Assembly: GCA_965199855.1 (NCBI GenBank)
Contig: OZ241326.1
Span: forward strand, 2,144,001 to 2,208,000
Origin: a bacterium
GTDB taxonomy: Bacteria; UBA8248
Direction: 5' to 3'
Length of the DNA stretch: 64,000 bases
Under the pieces are notes generated by a model that made no database searches, was not told the DNA's origin, and worked only from the letters and a program-made list of their open reading frames with translations. Shown here one piece after another: positions 1 to 7,480 of this stretch. Position 1 is the stretch's first letter. Each line of letters opens with the position of its first letter. A program made the translations under genes and the position numbers.

Positions 1-1
1 C

Positions 2-1771
2 GTCGCGGGCGGCTCGATTTCCACCGCGGGCGAGCTGGCCCACGGCGTCCATGCCGACCATCACGGCGACGAGGGGGAGATCGCCGTCACGATAGCGGAC
101 GGCGCCTCCATCGCCACCGCGGGCGAGAACGCCTACGGCGTCTATGCCCGGCACATCCACAAGGGCGCGGTCGCCGTCGCCTTGACGGGGAGCGTCGGGA
201 CGGCCGGCGACTACGCCTACGGCGCTCGCCTCTATCACTCGGGCGTCTCGGGCGATATGTCCTTCCGCATGACGGGCGGCGAAATCAGGACGACGGGCGC
301 GGGCGCCCACGGCGTCAGCGTCGAGCATCACGGCGACGCGGGCGCGGTCGCCGTCACGATAGCGGGAGGCGAGGTCTCCGCCGCGGGCGAGAACGCCTAC
401 GGCGTCTGGATGAAAACGGCGGGAGGCGCGACGCTCACGATCGGGCGGGGGGCGCGCGTGAGCGCGACCCAGTCGGGCCTGGCCGCTTTCGCCGACGGCC
501 GGGGCGACTTCGCCGCGATGATTCACGGAACGATGGAAGGCGGCGTCGTCAGCTACGCGAGCGGGGAGAATACGGTCACGGTGGGCCCCTCGGGCGCCAT
601 CAAGGGGATTATTGACGGGGTGGCGATTCACGCGGAAGGCGGCGGGCTCCACGTTGATTTGAGCCTGACCGATTCGAGCCTGAACGCCCGCGGGGTGGCC
701 GACGTTCTGGGCGGCGACATCGTGACCGCGGCGCCGGAGGAAACCACCGTCATCGTCAACGGCGTGACGGTGTTCGACGGGGTGAACGGCGTCGTCGACG
801 TCGACGTGCCGAACGGGCCGTTCGACGTCCGCATGTCCGCCGCCCAGAGCGGGCGCCTCACCCTGACCGAGCGCTACGCCCCGCGCGCGAGCGTCTATGA
901 GGCGCTTCCGGGCCTCCTGCTCCGGCTGAGCGGCGCGAGAGCGCGGGGCGAGAGGAAGACCTCGCCCGGCTCCCCGGTCTGGGCGAGCGTCTGGCGCGGG
1001 GAGGGCTCCCGCGGCGACGGGGGTTCGACCGTCGGCGCCTCCCATGACTTCGAGCATTCCGGAGCGGAGGCCGGCCTCTACCTGGCCTTTCCCCGGTCCG
1101 GCGGCCTGAGCGGCTCCGTCTCGGTTCGCCAGTCGAAGGCGCGGGCGGACGTCTCCATGCCCTCGGGCAAGGGCGATATCGAGCTGGAAGGCGCGGGCGC
1201 GGGCCTCGGCCTCTCCTGGAGGAACCGGAGCGGCTGGTATCTGAGCGGAAATTATTCCTTCATGGAATACGACGCCGACCTCGCCTCGGAGCCCCGGGGC
1301 AAGCTCAAGAGCGGCGCGGACGCGACGGTCCGCGCCGTGGGACTCGAGGCGGGCAGGCACCTCGCCCTGAGCGAGCGATTCGCCCTCATCCCCCGCGTCT
1401 GGGCGGCGCGGGCGAGCGCCTCCATCAAGGGCTTCACGGATTCCGTCGGGGCGCGCTTCAGCCTCATCGAGGGCGACAGGCTCACGGGCGGCGCGGGCGT
1501 CGCCGCCGAGACGGAAGTCGCCCGCCGCGGCTGGACGCTCTCCCTCCGCGGGGCGCTGGACGTCGAAAGCGCACTGAGCGGCGAGAAGACGACCGTAGAC
1601 GTCTCCGGCCACCGGCTCCACGCGGAAAGCGAGGACACCCGGATTCTGATGGGACTGGACGCCCTCTATCGGGAGGGGCCCCTCTCGCTCGGGCTGGCGC
1701 TGCGCGCGGACGGCCTGGGCACGGACGACGAGGCCTACGGCGGCCGCCTGAGCCTGGGGCTTCGGTTCTAG
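2..1771 (+). CDS. Autotransporter (type Va) outer-membrane protein, 5'-truncated by window edge
   Basis: Frame open from nt 2. G/A/V/T-rich beta-helix-like repeats (AGENAYGV, GAHGV), linker PRASVYEALPGLLLRL, C-terminal beta-barrel ending in LSLGLRF (terminal Phe). Confidence 0.85.
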   Translation, partial: VAGGSISTAGELAHGVHADHHGDEGEIAVTIADGASIATAGENAYGVYARHIHKGAVAVALTGSVGTAGDYAYGARLYHSGVSGDMSFRMTGGEIRTTGAGAHGVSVEHHGDAGAVAVTIAGGEVSAAGENAYGVWMKTAGGATLTIGRGARVSATQSGLAAFADGRGDFAAMIHGTMEGGVVSYASGENTVTVGPSGAIKGIIDGVAIHAEGGGLHVDLSLTDSSLNARGVADVLGGDIVTAAPEETTVIVNGVTVFDGVNGVVDVDVPNGPFDVRMSAAQSGRLTLTERYAPRASVYEALPGLLLRLSGARARGERKTSPGSPVWASVWRGEGSRGDGGSTVGASHDFEHSGAEAGLYLAFPRSGGLSGSVSVRQSKARADVSMPSGKGDIELEGAGAGLGLSWRNRSGWYLSGNYSFMEYDADLASEPRGKLKSGADATVRAVGLEAGRHLALSERFALIPRVWAARASASIKGFTDSVGARFSLIEGDRLTGGAGVAAETEVARRGWTLSLRGALDVESALSGEKTTVDVSGHRLHAESEDTRILMGLDALYREGPLSLGLALRADGLGTDDEAYGGRLSLGLRF

Positions 1772-1861
1772 GCGCGCGCGGCGAAGCCTCGACCGCGCTC
1801 ACCGGGCGCGGGGGCCGGTTCGATGGCCCCCGCGCCCGTTTTTCGTTTCTCGCCGAACGGA

Positions 1862-2365
1862 TCGGTTGGTTTCGTGAACCGGCCCGCCCGCGTCAACGGG
1901 AACGGCGCGGGACGCATATATGCTGTCCCCTACAAAGGAAAAATCGCCGCCCTCGCCCGTAGGGGGCGCATTCATGCGCCCCGTTTGCGGGTCGGCGATG
2001 ACGCGGATCAAATCGTAGGAACAACCCCTGTGGTTGCCCGCGCTGGGTTCCTTCCTCCTCGCCGAGGCGCGAAAATCCCGTAGGGGGCGTTCGGGAACGC
2101 CCCGCCGCCTCCGATGCGAATCCCTCCCCGCAACGGGCGGTTCACGAACCGCCCCTACGAAACCGTCGCCGCCCGCCGAAGATGCGGCCATCCCTCCAGG
2201 TGGGGACAACCACAGGGGGTTGTCCCTACGGCCTCCCTTGAGGGTCGCCGTCCCGCAACGGACGCTTCACGAATTGCGGGGAGACCCCGGGGAGGGGCCG
2301 CCCCTACGAAATCGTAAAACCCGCATTCCCCGCCGATCGTCGGCGAGCGCATATATGCGCGTCCC
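1862..2365. repeat. Cluster of GTAG-type REP-like palindromes (mosaic module copy 1)
   Basis: Several GTAGGG(G)+hairpin units in both orientations, e.g. GTAGGGGGCGCATTCATGCGCCCC (1959), GTAGGGGGCGTTCGGGAACGCCCC (2080), GGGCGGTTCACGAACCGCCCCTAC (2135), GGGGACAACCACAGGGGGTTGTCCCTAC (2202). Confidence 0.85.
2062..2311 (+). repeat. ~250-bp direct repeat, copy 1 (copy 2 at 2926-3175)
   Basis: Near-identical to 2926-3175 at a constant offset of 864 nt, with only a few substitutions by eye. Confidence 0.95.
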
Positions 2366-2393
2366 GCTTGGCGTCTTTCATCCGCCCGAGGCA

Positions 2394-2422
2394 TTGCCGC
2401 GACGCCCCCGATTTCGTATGAT
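2394..2422 (+). promoter_or_regulatory. sigma70-like promoter for the 2492 ORF
   Basis: TTGCCG-N17-TATGAT. Confidence 0.55.
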
Positions 2423-2437
2423 GAAATGGAATGGACG

Positions 2438-2469
2438 GCGTGAATGCGTGAATGCGTGAATGCGTGAAT
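2438..2469 (+). repeat. Octamer tandem repeat (GCGTGAAT)x4
   Basis: Four perfect copies between the putative -10 and the RBS (GAGGAG) of ORF 2492. Confidence 0.95.
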
Positions 2470-2491
2470 CGGGAGCGAGGCGAGGAGACGG

Positions 2492-2896
2492 ATGATGACG
2501 GAGTTCGAGCTGGCGACGGCGGCTTTTCAGAACGCGACGATCGGGTTTCAGAACGCAACGCTCGAATTGCAGAACGCGACGATCCAATTTCAGAAGTGGG
2601 ATCTGATAGCGCAGTGGGTCATCGGGCTGGGGCAAATCGCCCTGATCGGCGGCGGTCTCGTGATGATGCAATTTGCCGGCCGGCGTCGGGACCGCGCGCT
2701 CGACCAGATGATGGACGAATCGCAGAGGCGGCACGATGAGGCCATGGAAGCCCTGAAGCGCCGGCACGACGAGGCGATGGCCGAATCGGAGAAGCGGCAC
2801 GTGGAGACGATGGAAGCCTTGAAGCGCCAGCACGAGGAGACGATGACCGCGCTCATGGAGCTCATCAAGCGGACGGGGAGCGGAGAGAAAACCTGA
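2492..2896 (+). CDS. Small single-TM protein with heptad and hendecad repeats (hypothetical)
   Basis: RBS GAGGAG. N-terminal FQNATIG-like 7-aa repeats, hydrophobic segment WVIGLGQIALIGGGLVMM, C-terminal 11-aa repeats RHDEAMEALKR. Confidence 0.75.
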   Translation: MMTEFELATAAFQNATIGFQNATLELQNATIQFQKWDLIAQWVIGLGQIALIGGGLVMMQFAGRRRDRALDQMMDESQRRHDEAMEALKRRHDEAMAESEKRHVETMEALKRQHEETMTALMELIKRTGSGEKT

Positions 2897-2925
2897 GCGG
2901 CCGCGCCTCCCTTGTTCACCTCTCA

Positions 2926-3175
2926 CCGAGGCGCGAAAATCCCGTAGGGGGCGTTCGGGAACGCCCCGCCGCCTCCGATGCGAATCCCTCCCCGCAACGT
3001 GCGGTTCACGAACCGCCCCTACGAAACCGTCGCCGCCCGCCGAAGATGCGGCCATCCCTCCAGGTGGGGACAACCACAGGGGGTTGTCCCTACGGCCTCC
3101 CTTGGGGGTCGCCGTCCCGCAACGGGCGGTTCACGAATTGCGGGGCGGCCCCGGGGAGGGGCCGCCCCTACGAAA
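2926..3175 (+). repeat. ~250-bp direct repeat, copy 2, built of REP-like hairpins; a further REP lies at 3204-3226
   Basis: Matches 2062-2311. Confidence 0.95.
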
Positions 3176-3336
3176 ACCTCCACCCCTCCCCAATCGACGG
3201 GCGGGACGCATATATGCGTCCCCTACAAAATCAAAATCGCGCGGCATCTGCCCCTACATTGACGCCCCGCGCGGGACGCGCCCGTCCCCGGGAAATCGCG
3301 CCCCGATATTTTTTCGTCCGAATCCCCCGCCCCCGC

Positions 3337-3365
3337 TTGACACCCCCGCCCCGCGTTGGTAGGTT
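3337..3365 (+). promoter_or_regulatory. sigma70 promoter of atp F0 cluster
   Basis: TTGACA-N17-TAGGTT with extended -10 TG. Confidence 0.6.
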
Positions 3366-3415
3366 CCGCGCGTTCATTCCGTTGTCGCGGCTTTCACGCG
3401 GGGGAGCGAAAGGGC

Positions 3416-3685
3416 ATGGCCTCCGGCTCTCCTCCCGAAGCGAATCGCGGGCGCGGGACATCGGCGGGCAGGTCGCGCGCGCCGCGCGATGAGAAAATCC
3501 GCAAAGGCGTGCGAAGCGTTCACCTGGCCGCGCTGGGCTGGAACTTCGTGACCGCCCCGCTCGTCGGCGGCGGGCTGGGCTACGGGCTGGACGCGCTCTC
3601 GGGCTGGTATCCGTGGGGGATGATCGCCGGGTTGCTGCTGGGCTTCGTTTCCGCTTTTCTCGATCTCGTCAGGGGCGTTCGCTAG
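3416..3685 (+). CDS. atpZ: AtpZ/AtpI-family (ATPase gene 1) membrane protein
   Basis: Two TM helices with GGGLGYGLD...PWGMIAGLLLGF; first gene of the F0 cluster. Confidence 0.75.
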   Translation: MASGSPPEANRGRGTSAGRSRAPRDEKIRKGVRSVHLAALGWNFVTAPLVGGGLGYGLDALSGWYPWGMIAGLLLGFVSAFLDLVRGVR

Positions 3686-4081
3686 GTGGAAAACCGGAAC
3701 TCGCCGCCGCTCGATCTGCGAAGCATCGAACGGGTCGGCTGGCTGATTCTCGCGCTCGCGGCGCCGGCGTGCCTGCTCGCCGGATACGCCGGGGCGGCCG
3801 CCGGGCTCGCGATCGGCGGCGCGTGCGCCCTCGGGAGCTTCCGGCTGATGGACGTCTATTTCGCCCGCGTGTTCCGCAAGGGCCCGGGGCGCGCCGGATG
3901 GGGGCATCACGCGCTCTACGTCCTGCGGTTCGCCGCCCTTCTCGGAGCGGCGGCGGCGGCGATAGGCTGGGCGCGGCTTCCCGCCGCGGCCGTGGCGGCG
4001 GGGCTGTCCGTTCCGCCCCTGGCCATATTCATTCACGGGGCGAGACGCGCCCTCGGAAGCCAGGGAGCGACAAGGGCGTAA
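3686..4081 (+). CDS. atpI: ATP synthase subunit I
   Basis: 4-TM hydrophobic protein directly upstream of atpB. Confidence 0.7.
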   Translation: MENRNSPPLDLRSIERVGWLILALAAPACLLAGYAGAAAGLAIGGACALGSFRLMDVYFARVFRKGPGRAGWGHHALYVLRFAALLGAAAAAIGWARLPAAAVAAGLSVPPLAIFIHGARRALGSQGATRA

Positions 4082-4084
4082 GGC

Positions 4085-4804
4085 ATGGAAAAATTCCACC
4101 CGTTTCTGTATTTCGACCTCATCCCCGGGCTGTCGGCGTATCCCAACATCGTCTATAGCTGGGCGGTGATGACGTTTCTCATCGCGAGCTCCCTGCTCGT
4201 CACCCGCGCGCTTCAGAAGATACCCGTGGGCGGGCAGAACGTGTTCGAGGCGATTTTCGACGCCTTCTCCGCCTTCATGGAAGGCCCCCTCGGCAAGGAG
4301 GGCCGGCCCTTCTTCCCCCTCGTGTTCACGCTGGGAACCTACATTTTCCTCTGCAACGTCATCGGAATCCTGCCCGGCTTCATGGCGCCGACGAGCAACC
4401 TGAACACGAACGTGGGCTGCGCCCTCACCGTCTTCCTCGCCACGCACTACGTCGGAATCAAGAGAAGCGGGATGGCGTATTTCAAGCACTTCACGGGCCC
4501 CATCATCTGGCTGGCGCCGCTGATGATTCCCATCGAGATCATCTCCCACCTGAGCCGCCCCCTCTCGCTCACCCTGCGCCTCTTCGGCAACATCACGGGA
4601 GAGGAGCTCGTCCTGGGCGTTCTGATGCTGCTGTGCCTCCAGATTTTCCTGCCCGTTCCCTGGGCGATGCAGCTGTTCGTGATTTTCGGAAGCTTCATCC
4701 AGGCCTTTGTCTTCACCCTTCTGACCATGATATACATCGCCGGGGCTCTTGAAGATCACGATCACGGCGAGGAGAGCGGCCACGAGGTCGCCCACGCCCA
4801 TTAA
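4085..4804 (+). CDS. atpB: F0F1 ATP synthase subunit a
   Basis: SRPLSLTLRLFGNI and IQAFVFTLLTMIYI motifs. Confidence 0.97.
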   Translation: MEKFHPFLYFDLIPGLSAYPNIVYSWAVMTFLIASSLLVTRALQKIPVGGQNVFEAIFDAFSAFMEGPLGKEGRPFFPLVFTLGTYIFLCNVIGILPGFMAPTSNLNTNVGCALTVFLATHYVGIKRSGMAYFKHFTGPIIWLAPLMIPIEIISHLSRPLSLTLRLFGNITGEELVLGVLMLLCLQIFLPVPWAMQLFVIFGSFIQAFVFTLLTMIYIAGALEDHDHGEESGHEVAHAH

Positions 4805-4850
4805 CGGCAAAAGCCCGCGAAGAAACCACTTCAACAAGGAGACGTAAGGA

Positions 4851-5171
4851 ATGAAACGTCTGGGAATGATCGGATTCGCCCTCGCCAGCATCGCAGCCGC
4901 GGCCTCCGGCGCGTTCGCCGCCGAAGCCGGCGCGGCCGGAGGCGGCGACGTGATGAAATGGAGAATGATCTCCTCCTCGTTCGCCCTGGCCATCGCCGCG
5001 GCGGCCGGCGCCTTCGCCCAGAGCCGCAGCATCGCCAGCGCGCTGGACGGCACGGCGCGCAACCCGGGAGCGGGCGGAGACCTGCGCGTGTCGATGATCA
5101 TCGGCCTCGCCCTGATCGAGTCCCTCGTCATTTACACGTTCGTCATCTGCCTGATCATCATCCTCGGCTAG
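4851..5171 (+). CDS. atpE: F0F1 ATP synthase subunit c (N-terminally extended)
   Basis: ARNP loop, LALIESLVIY helix with the ion-binding Glu, RBS AAGGAG. Confidence 0.95.
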   Translation: MKRLGMIGFALASIAAAASGAFAAEAGAAGGGDVMKWRMISSSFALAIAAAAGAFAQSRSIASALDGTARNPGAGGDLRVSMIIGLALIESLVIYTFVICLIIILG

Positions 5172-5188
5172 AGAAAAGCGCATCCGCG

Positions 5189-5226
5189 GCGAAAAGGGGG
5201 GAGCCCGCGGGCTCCCCCCTTTTCGC
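5189..5226 (+). terminator. Intrinsic terminator after atpE
   Basis: GC-rich inverted repeat (AAAAGGGGGGAGCCC...GGGCTCCCCCCTTTT) with T tract. Confidence 0.8.
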
Positions 5227-5372
5227 GAGCCGGGCGCGAGCGGCATCCGGAATCACCGCCTCCATCCGCCGCGCGCCCGCCCCTTGCCCTTCGCGCCAAA
5301 ACCCATAGAATCAGACCTCGCCCGAAGCCGACGCGGGCTTTTCGGGGATTTGCGTTCATCCCGAAACTTCAG

Positions 5373-6029
5373 GTGAGCCGAAAACCCATGTGGGAAAGCG
5401 CGAAAGCGAAAATTCCCGAGGCGACCGTCAGCCGGCTCTCCACCTACGCCCGCGTCCTGGAGCAGGCGGGCGGCGAGGAGGCGCGGCTCATCGCCTCGGC
5501 CGATCTCGCCCGGCGGTGCGGGCTCAAGCCCGCGCAAATCAGAAGGGACCTCGCCTATTTCGGGGAATTCGGGGTTCGGGGCAAGGGCTACTACATTGAT
5601 GAGCTGCGCGGCAACCTGAAGAAAATCCTGGGCGTGACCCAAACGTGGCCGGTCGCGCTCGTCGGAGCGGGGAACCTCGGCTCGGCGCTGCTGGCCTACA
5701 AGGGCTTTCTCGCGCACGGCTTCGAGATCGCCGCCGTCTTCGACAAGTTTCCCGAAAGAACGCCCGCCTACGGAACCGGCGCCCTGCCGGTGCTGCCGAT
5801 GGCGAAGCTGCGCGAAGCCGTCAGGGAGAAAGACATCAAAATCGGCATCATCGCCGTGCCGGGGGCGGGCGCGCAAAACGTGGGGACGGCGCTCGTCAGC
5901 GCCGGCATCACGGGCATCCTGAATTTCGCGCCCACCCAGGTCCGGACGCCGCGCCGCGTCAGGGTGAAGAACGTGGACCTCGGCAGCGAGCTGGAGCATC
6001 TCTCCTTCCACCTCTCCCAGAACGGCTGA
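5373..6029 (+). CDS. rex: Redox-sensing transcriptional repressor Rex
   Basis: IPEATVSRLSTY, QIRRDLAYFGEFGVRGKGY, VGAGNLGSAL, ILNFAP. Confidence 0.96.
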   Translation: MSRKPMWESAKAKIPEATVSRLSTYARVLEQAGGEEARLIASADLARRCGLKPAQIRRDLAYFGEFGVRGKGYYIDELRGNLKKILGVTQTWPVALVGAGNLGSALLAYKGFLAHGFEIAAVFDKFPERTPAYGTGALPVLPMAKLREAVREKDIKIGIIAVPGAGAQNVGTALVSAGITGILNFAPTQVRTPRRVRVKNVDLGSELEHLSFHLSQNG

Positions 6030-6060
6030 GACGCGCGCGGCCCGGCGATCTCCGAAGAAC

Positions 6061-6807
6061 ATGAGCCCGCAAGCCTCATACATCCTGGCCTTCGACACCT
6101 CGACGCCGCGGGGAAGATGCGCGGCGCTCCGCCGCGCGGCGGGAGGCGCGGAGGAGGCGCTTCTGCCGGAGGAAATCCGCATCTCCAGAACGCTTCTGCC
6201 GCAGGTGGAGGAGCTTTTGAGGTCGAAAAGCATCGACAAGCGCATGATTCAGGCCATCGGGGTGAGCGTCGGCCCCGGGACGTTCACCGGACTTCGGGTG
6301 GGACTCTCCTGCGCGAAGGGCCTCGCCCTGGGTCTGGGGCGTCCGCTGTATGGCTTCTCCTCCCTGGAGGCCATGGCGACGGGCGCCCTGCTCGGCGAGC
6401 TCGAAACGGGCCGGAAGCTGCCGGACTACATCCTCCCCTGCCGGGACGCCAGGCGAGGCGAGCTGTTCACCGCCCTGTTCCGGGTATCGAAAAACCCGGA
6501 ATCGCCCGACGAGAGCGTCCTTCTGCGCGTCCGGGCGGATGAGGTCATCGAGCGGGAGGCGCTTCCCCTCCCGGAGGACGGCGACGCGCTCGTGGCGGGC
6601 AGGCGAGAAGACCTCCCCGAACTTTTCGGCTCCGGGGCTTCGGGGGCGGCGGCCGCGCGCCATGAAATCGACTCCTCGGCCGCCGCGGTCGCGCGGCTCA
6701 CCCGCAGGGCCCTCGAGAGCCGAACGCCCCCGCCCGGGGCGAACCTGACGCTGAACTACTGCCGAAAACCGCAGGCGCAAACGAAATGGGCGGATCCGGG
6801 GGGTTGA
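6061..6807 (+). CDS. tsaB: tRNA threonylcarbamoyladenosine biosynthesis protein TsaB
   Basis: ILAFDTS, GPGTFTGLRVG, DARRGE motifs. Confidence 0.9.
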   Translation: MSPQASYILAFDTSTPRGRCAALRRAAGGAEEALLPEEIRISRTLLPQVEELLRSKSIDKRMIQAIGVSVGPGTFTGLRVGLSCAKGLALGLGRPLYGFSSLEAMATGALLGELETGRKLPDYILPCRDARRGELFTALFRVSKNPESPDESVLLRVRADEVIEREALPLPEDGDALVAGRREDLPELFGSGASGAAAARHEIDSSAAAVARLTRRALESRTPPPGANLTLNYCRKPQAQTKWADPGG

Positions 6808-6888
6808 TTCCCTCCTCGATATTCCGTAAATTTCAGGAGCGTTCATCGCATATACCACACGGGCGGACAGAGGCCAGAAGACGTCTCC

Positions 6889-7122
6889 GTGAAGCCCGCC
6901 GAGGAGGATTCGCCATTGGAAACGACCGAGAAGGCGGAAGAAGCGTCGAGTGCGGCCCAAGACGCCGAGCGTCTGAAAAAAGAGCACGCCGTTCTGGATG
7001 AAAAAATTCTCGCTCTTGAAAACGTTCGATACCCATCCCCCGAAGAGCAGCGGCGGATCAAACTGCTGAAAAAAGAAAAACTCGCCATCAAGACGCAGAT
7101 AGAGACGCTCGAGGGCGACTGA
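6889..7122 (+). CDS. Small DUF465/YdcH-like coiled-coil protein
   Basis: EHAVLDEKI...LKKEKLAIK pattern. Confidence 0.65.
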   Translation: MKPAEEDSPLETTEKAEEASSAAQDAERLKKEHAVLDEKILALENVRYPSPEEQRRIKLLKKEKLAIKTQIETLEGD

Positions 7123-7480
7123 AAATCACGAATTCGCCCTGCGAGGCGCGCCGAAGCGAAATTTTGCGCTTTCATCCCTTGACCGAAAGCGGAAAACGTG
7201 CGGTAATATCGCCCGTTGCGCCCCCGAGACGCCGGGATGGACGCTTCGTCCGTTCCCGACCGATGCGTTTTCAGGGGGGGCTGACGTTCACGCAATGCGG
7301 AAGCCGGCCATGATGGATCCGAAAAAGACGCTGTGGAACAAGGAGTCTGGCGTAAGAGGGGGGCGGTGCGCCCCCGCGCGCCGTCCCCTGATTTCCCGCT
7401 GACGACGCGCCGGCATCACCGGCGCTTTTCGGATCGACTTCACCGCCAGGACGGGAGCAGTCTCGACTGGTCGGGAGGGA

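Noticed and set aside
1799-2460. Short ORFs across REP clusters (also 2978-3492, 49564-50258, 54312-54666)
   Set aside because: They are translations of palindromic GC-rich repeats with no protein-like composition.
2062-3175. The 250-bp repeat pair as a DGR template/variable repeat
   Set aside because: Both copies appear non-coding, the mismatches are not confined to adenines of one copy, and no reverse transcriptase is present.
1862-3240. REP clusters as CRISPR or integron attC arrays
   Set aside because: Hairpins differ within a cluster while the linkers are conserved between clusters, the opposite of CRISPR. I saw no RYYYAAC...GTTRRRY attC boxes and no integrase.
3300-5372. Rex operator (TTGTGAA-N4-TTCACAA-like) upstream of atp or rex; GCGTGAAT as a Rex half-site
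   Set aside because: No convincing palindrome was found, and the octamers are direct repeats, not inverted ones.
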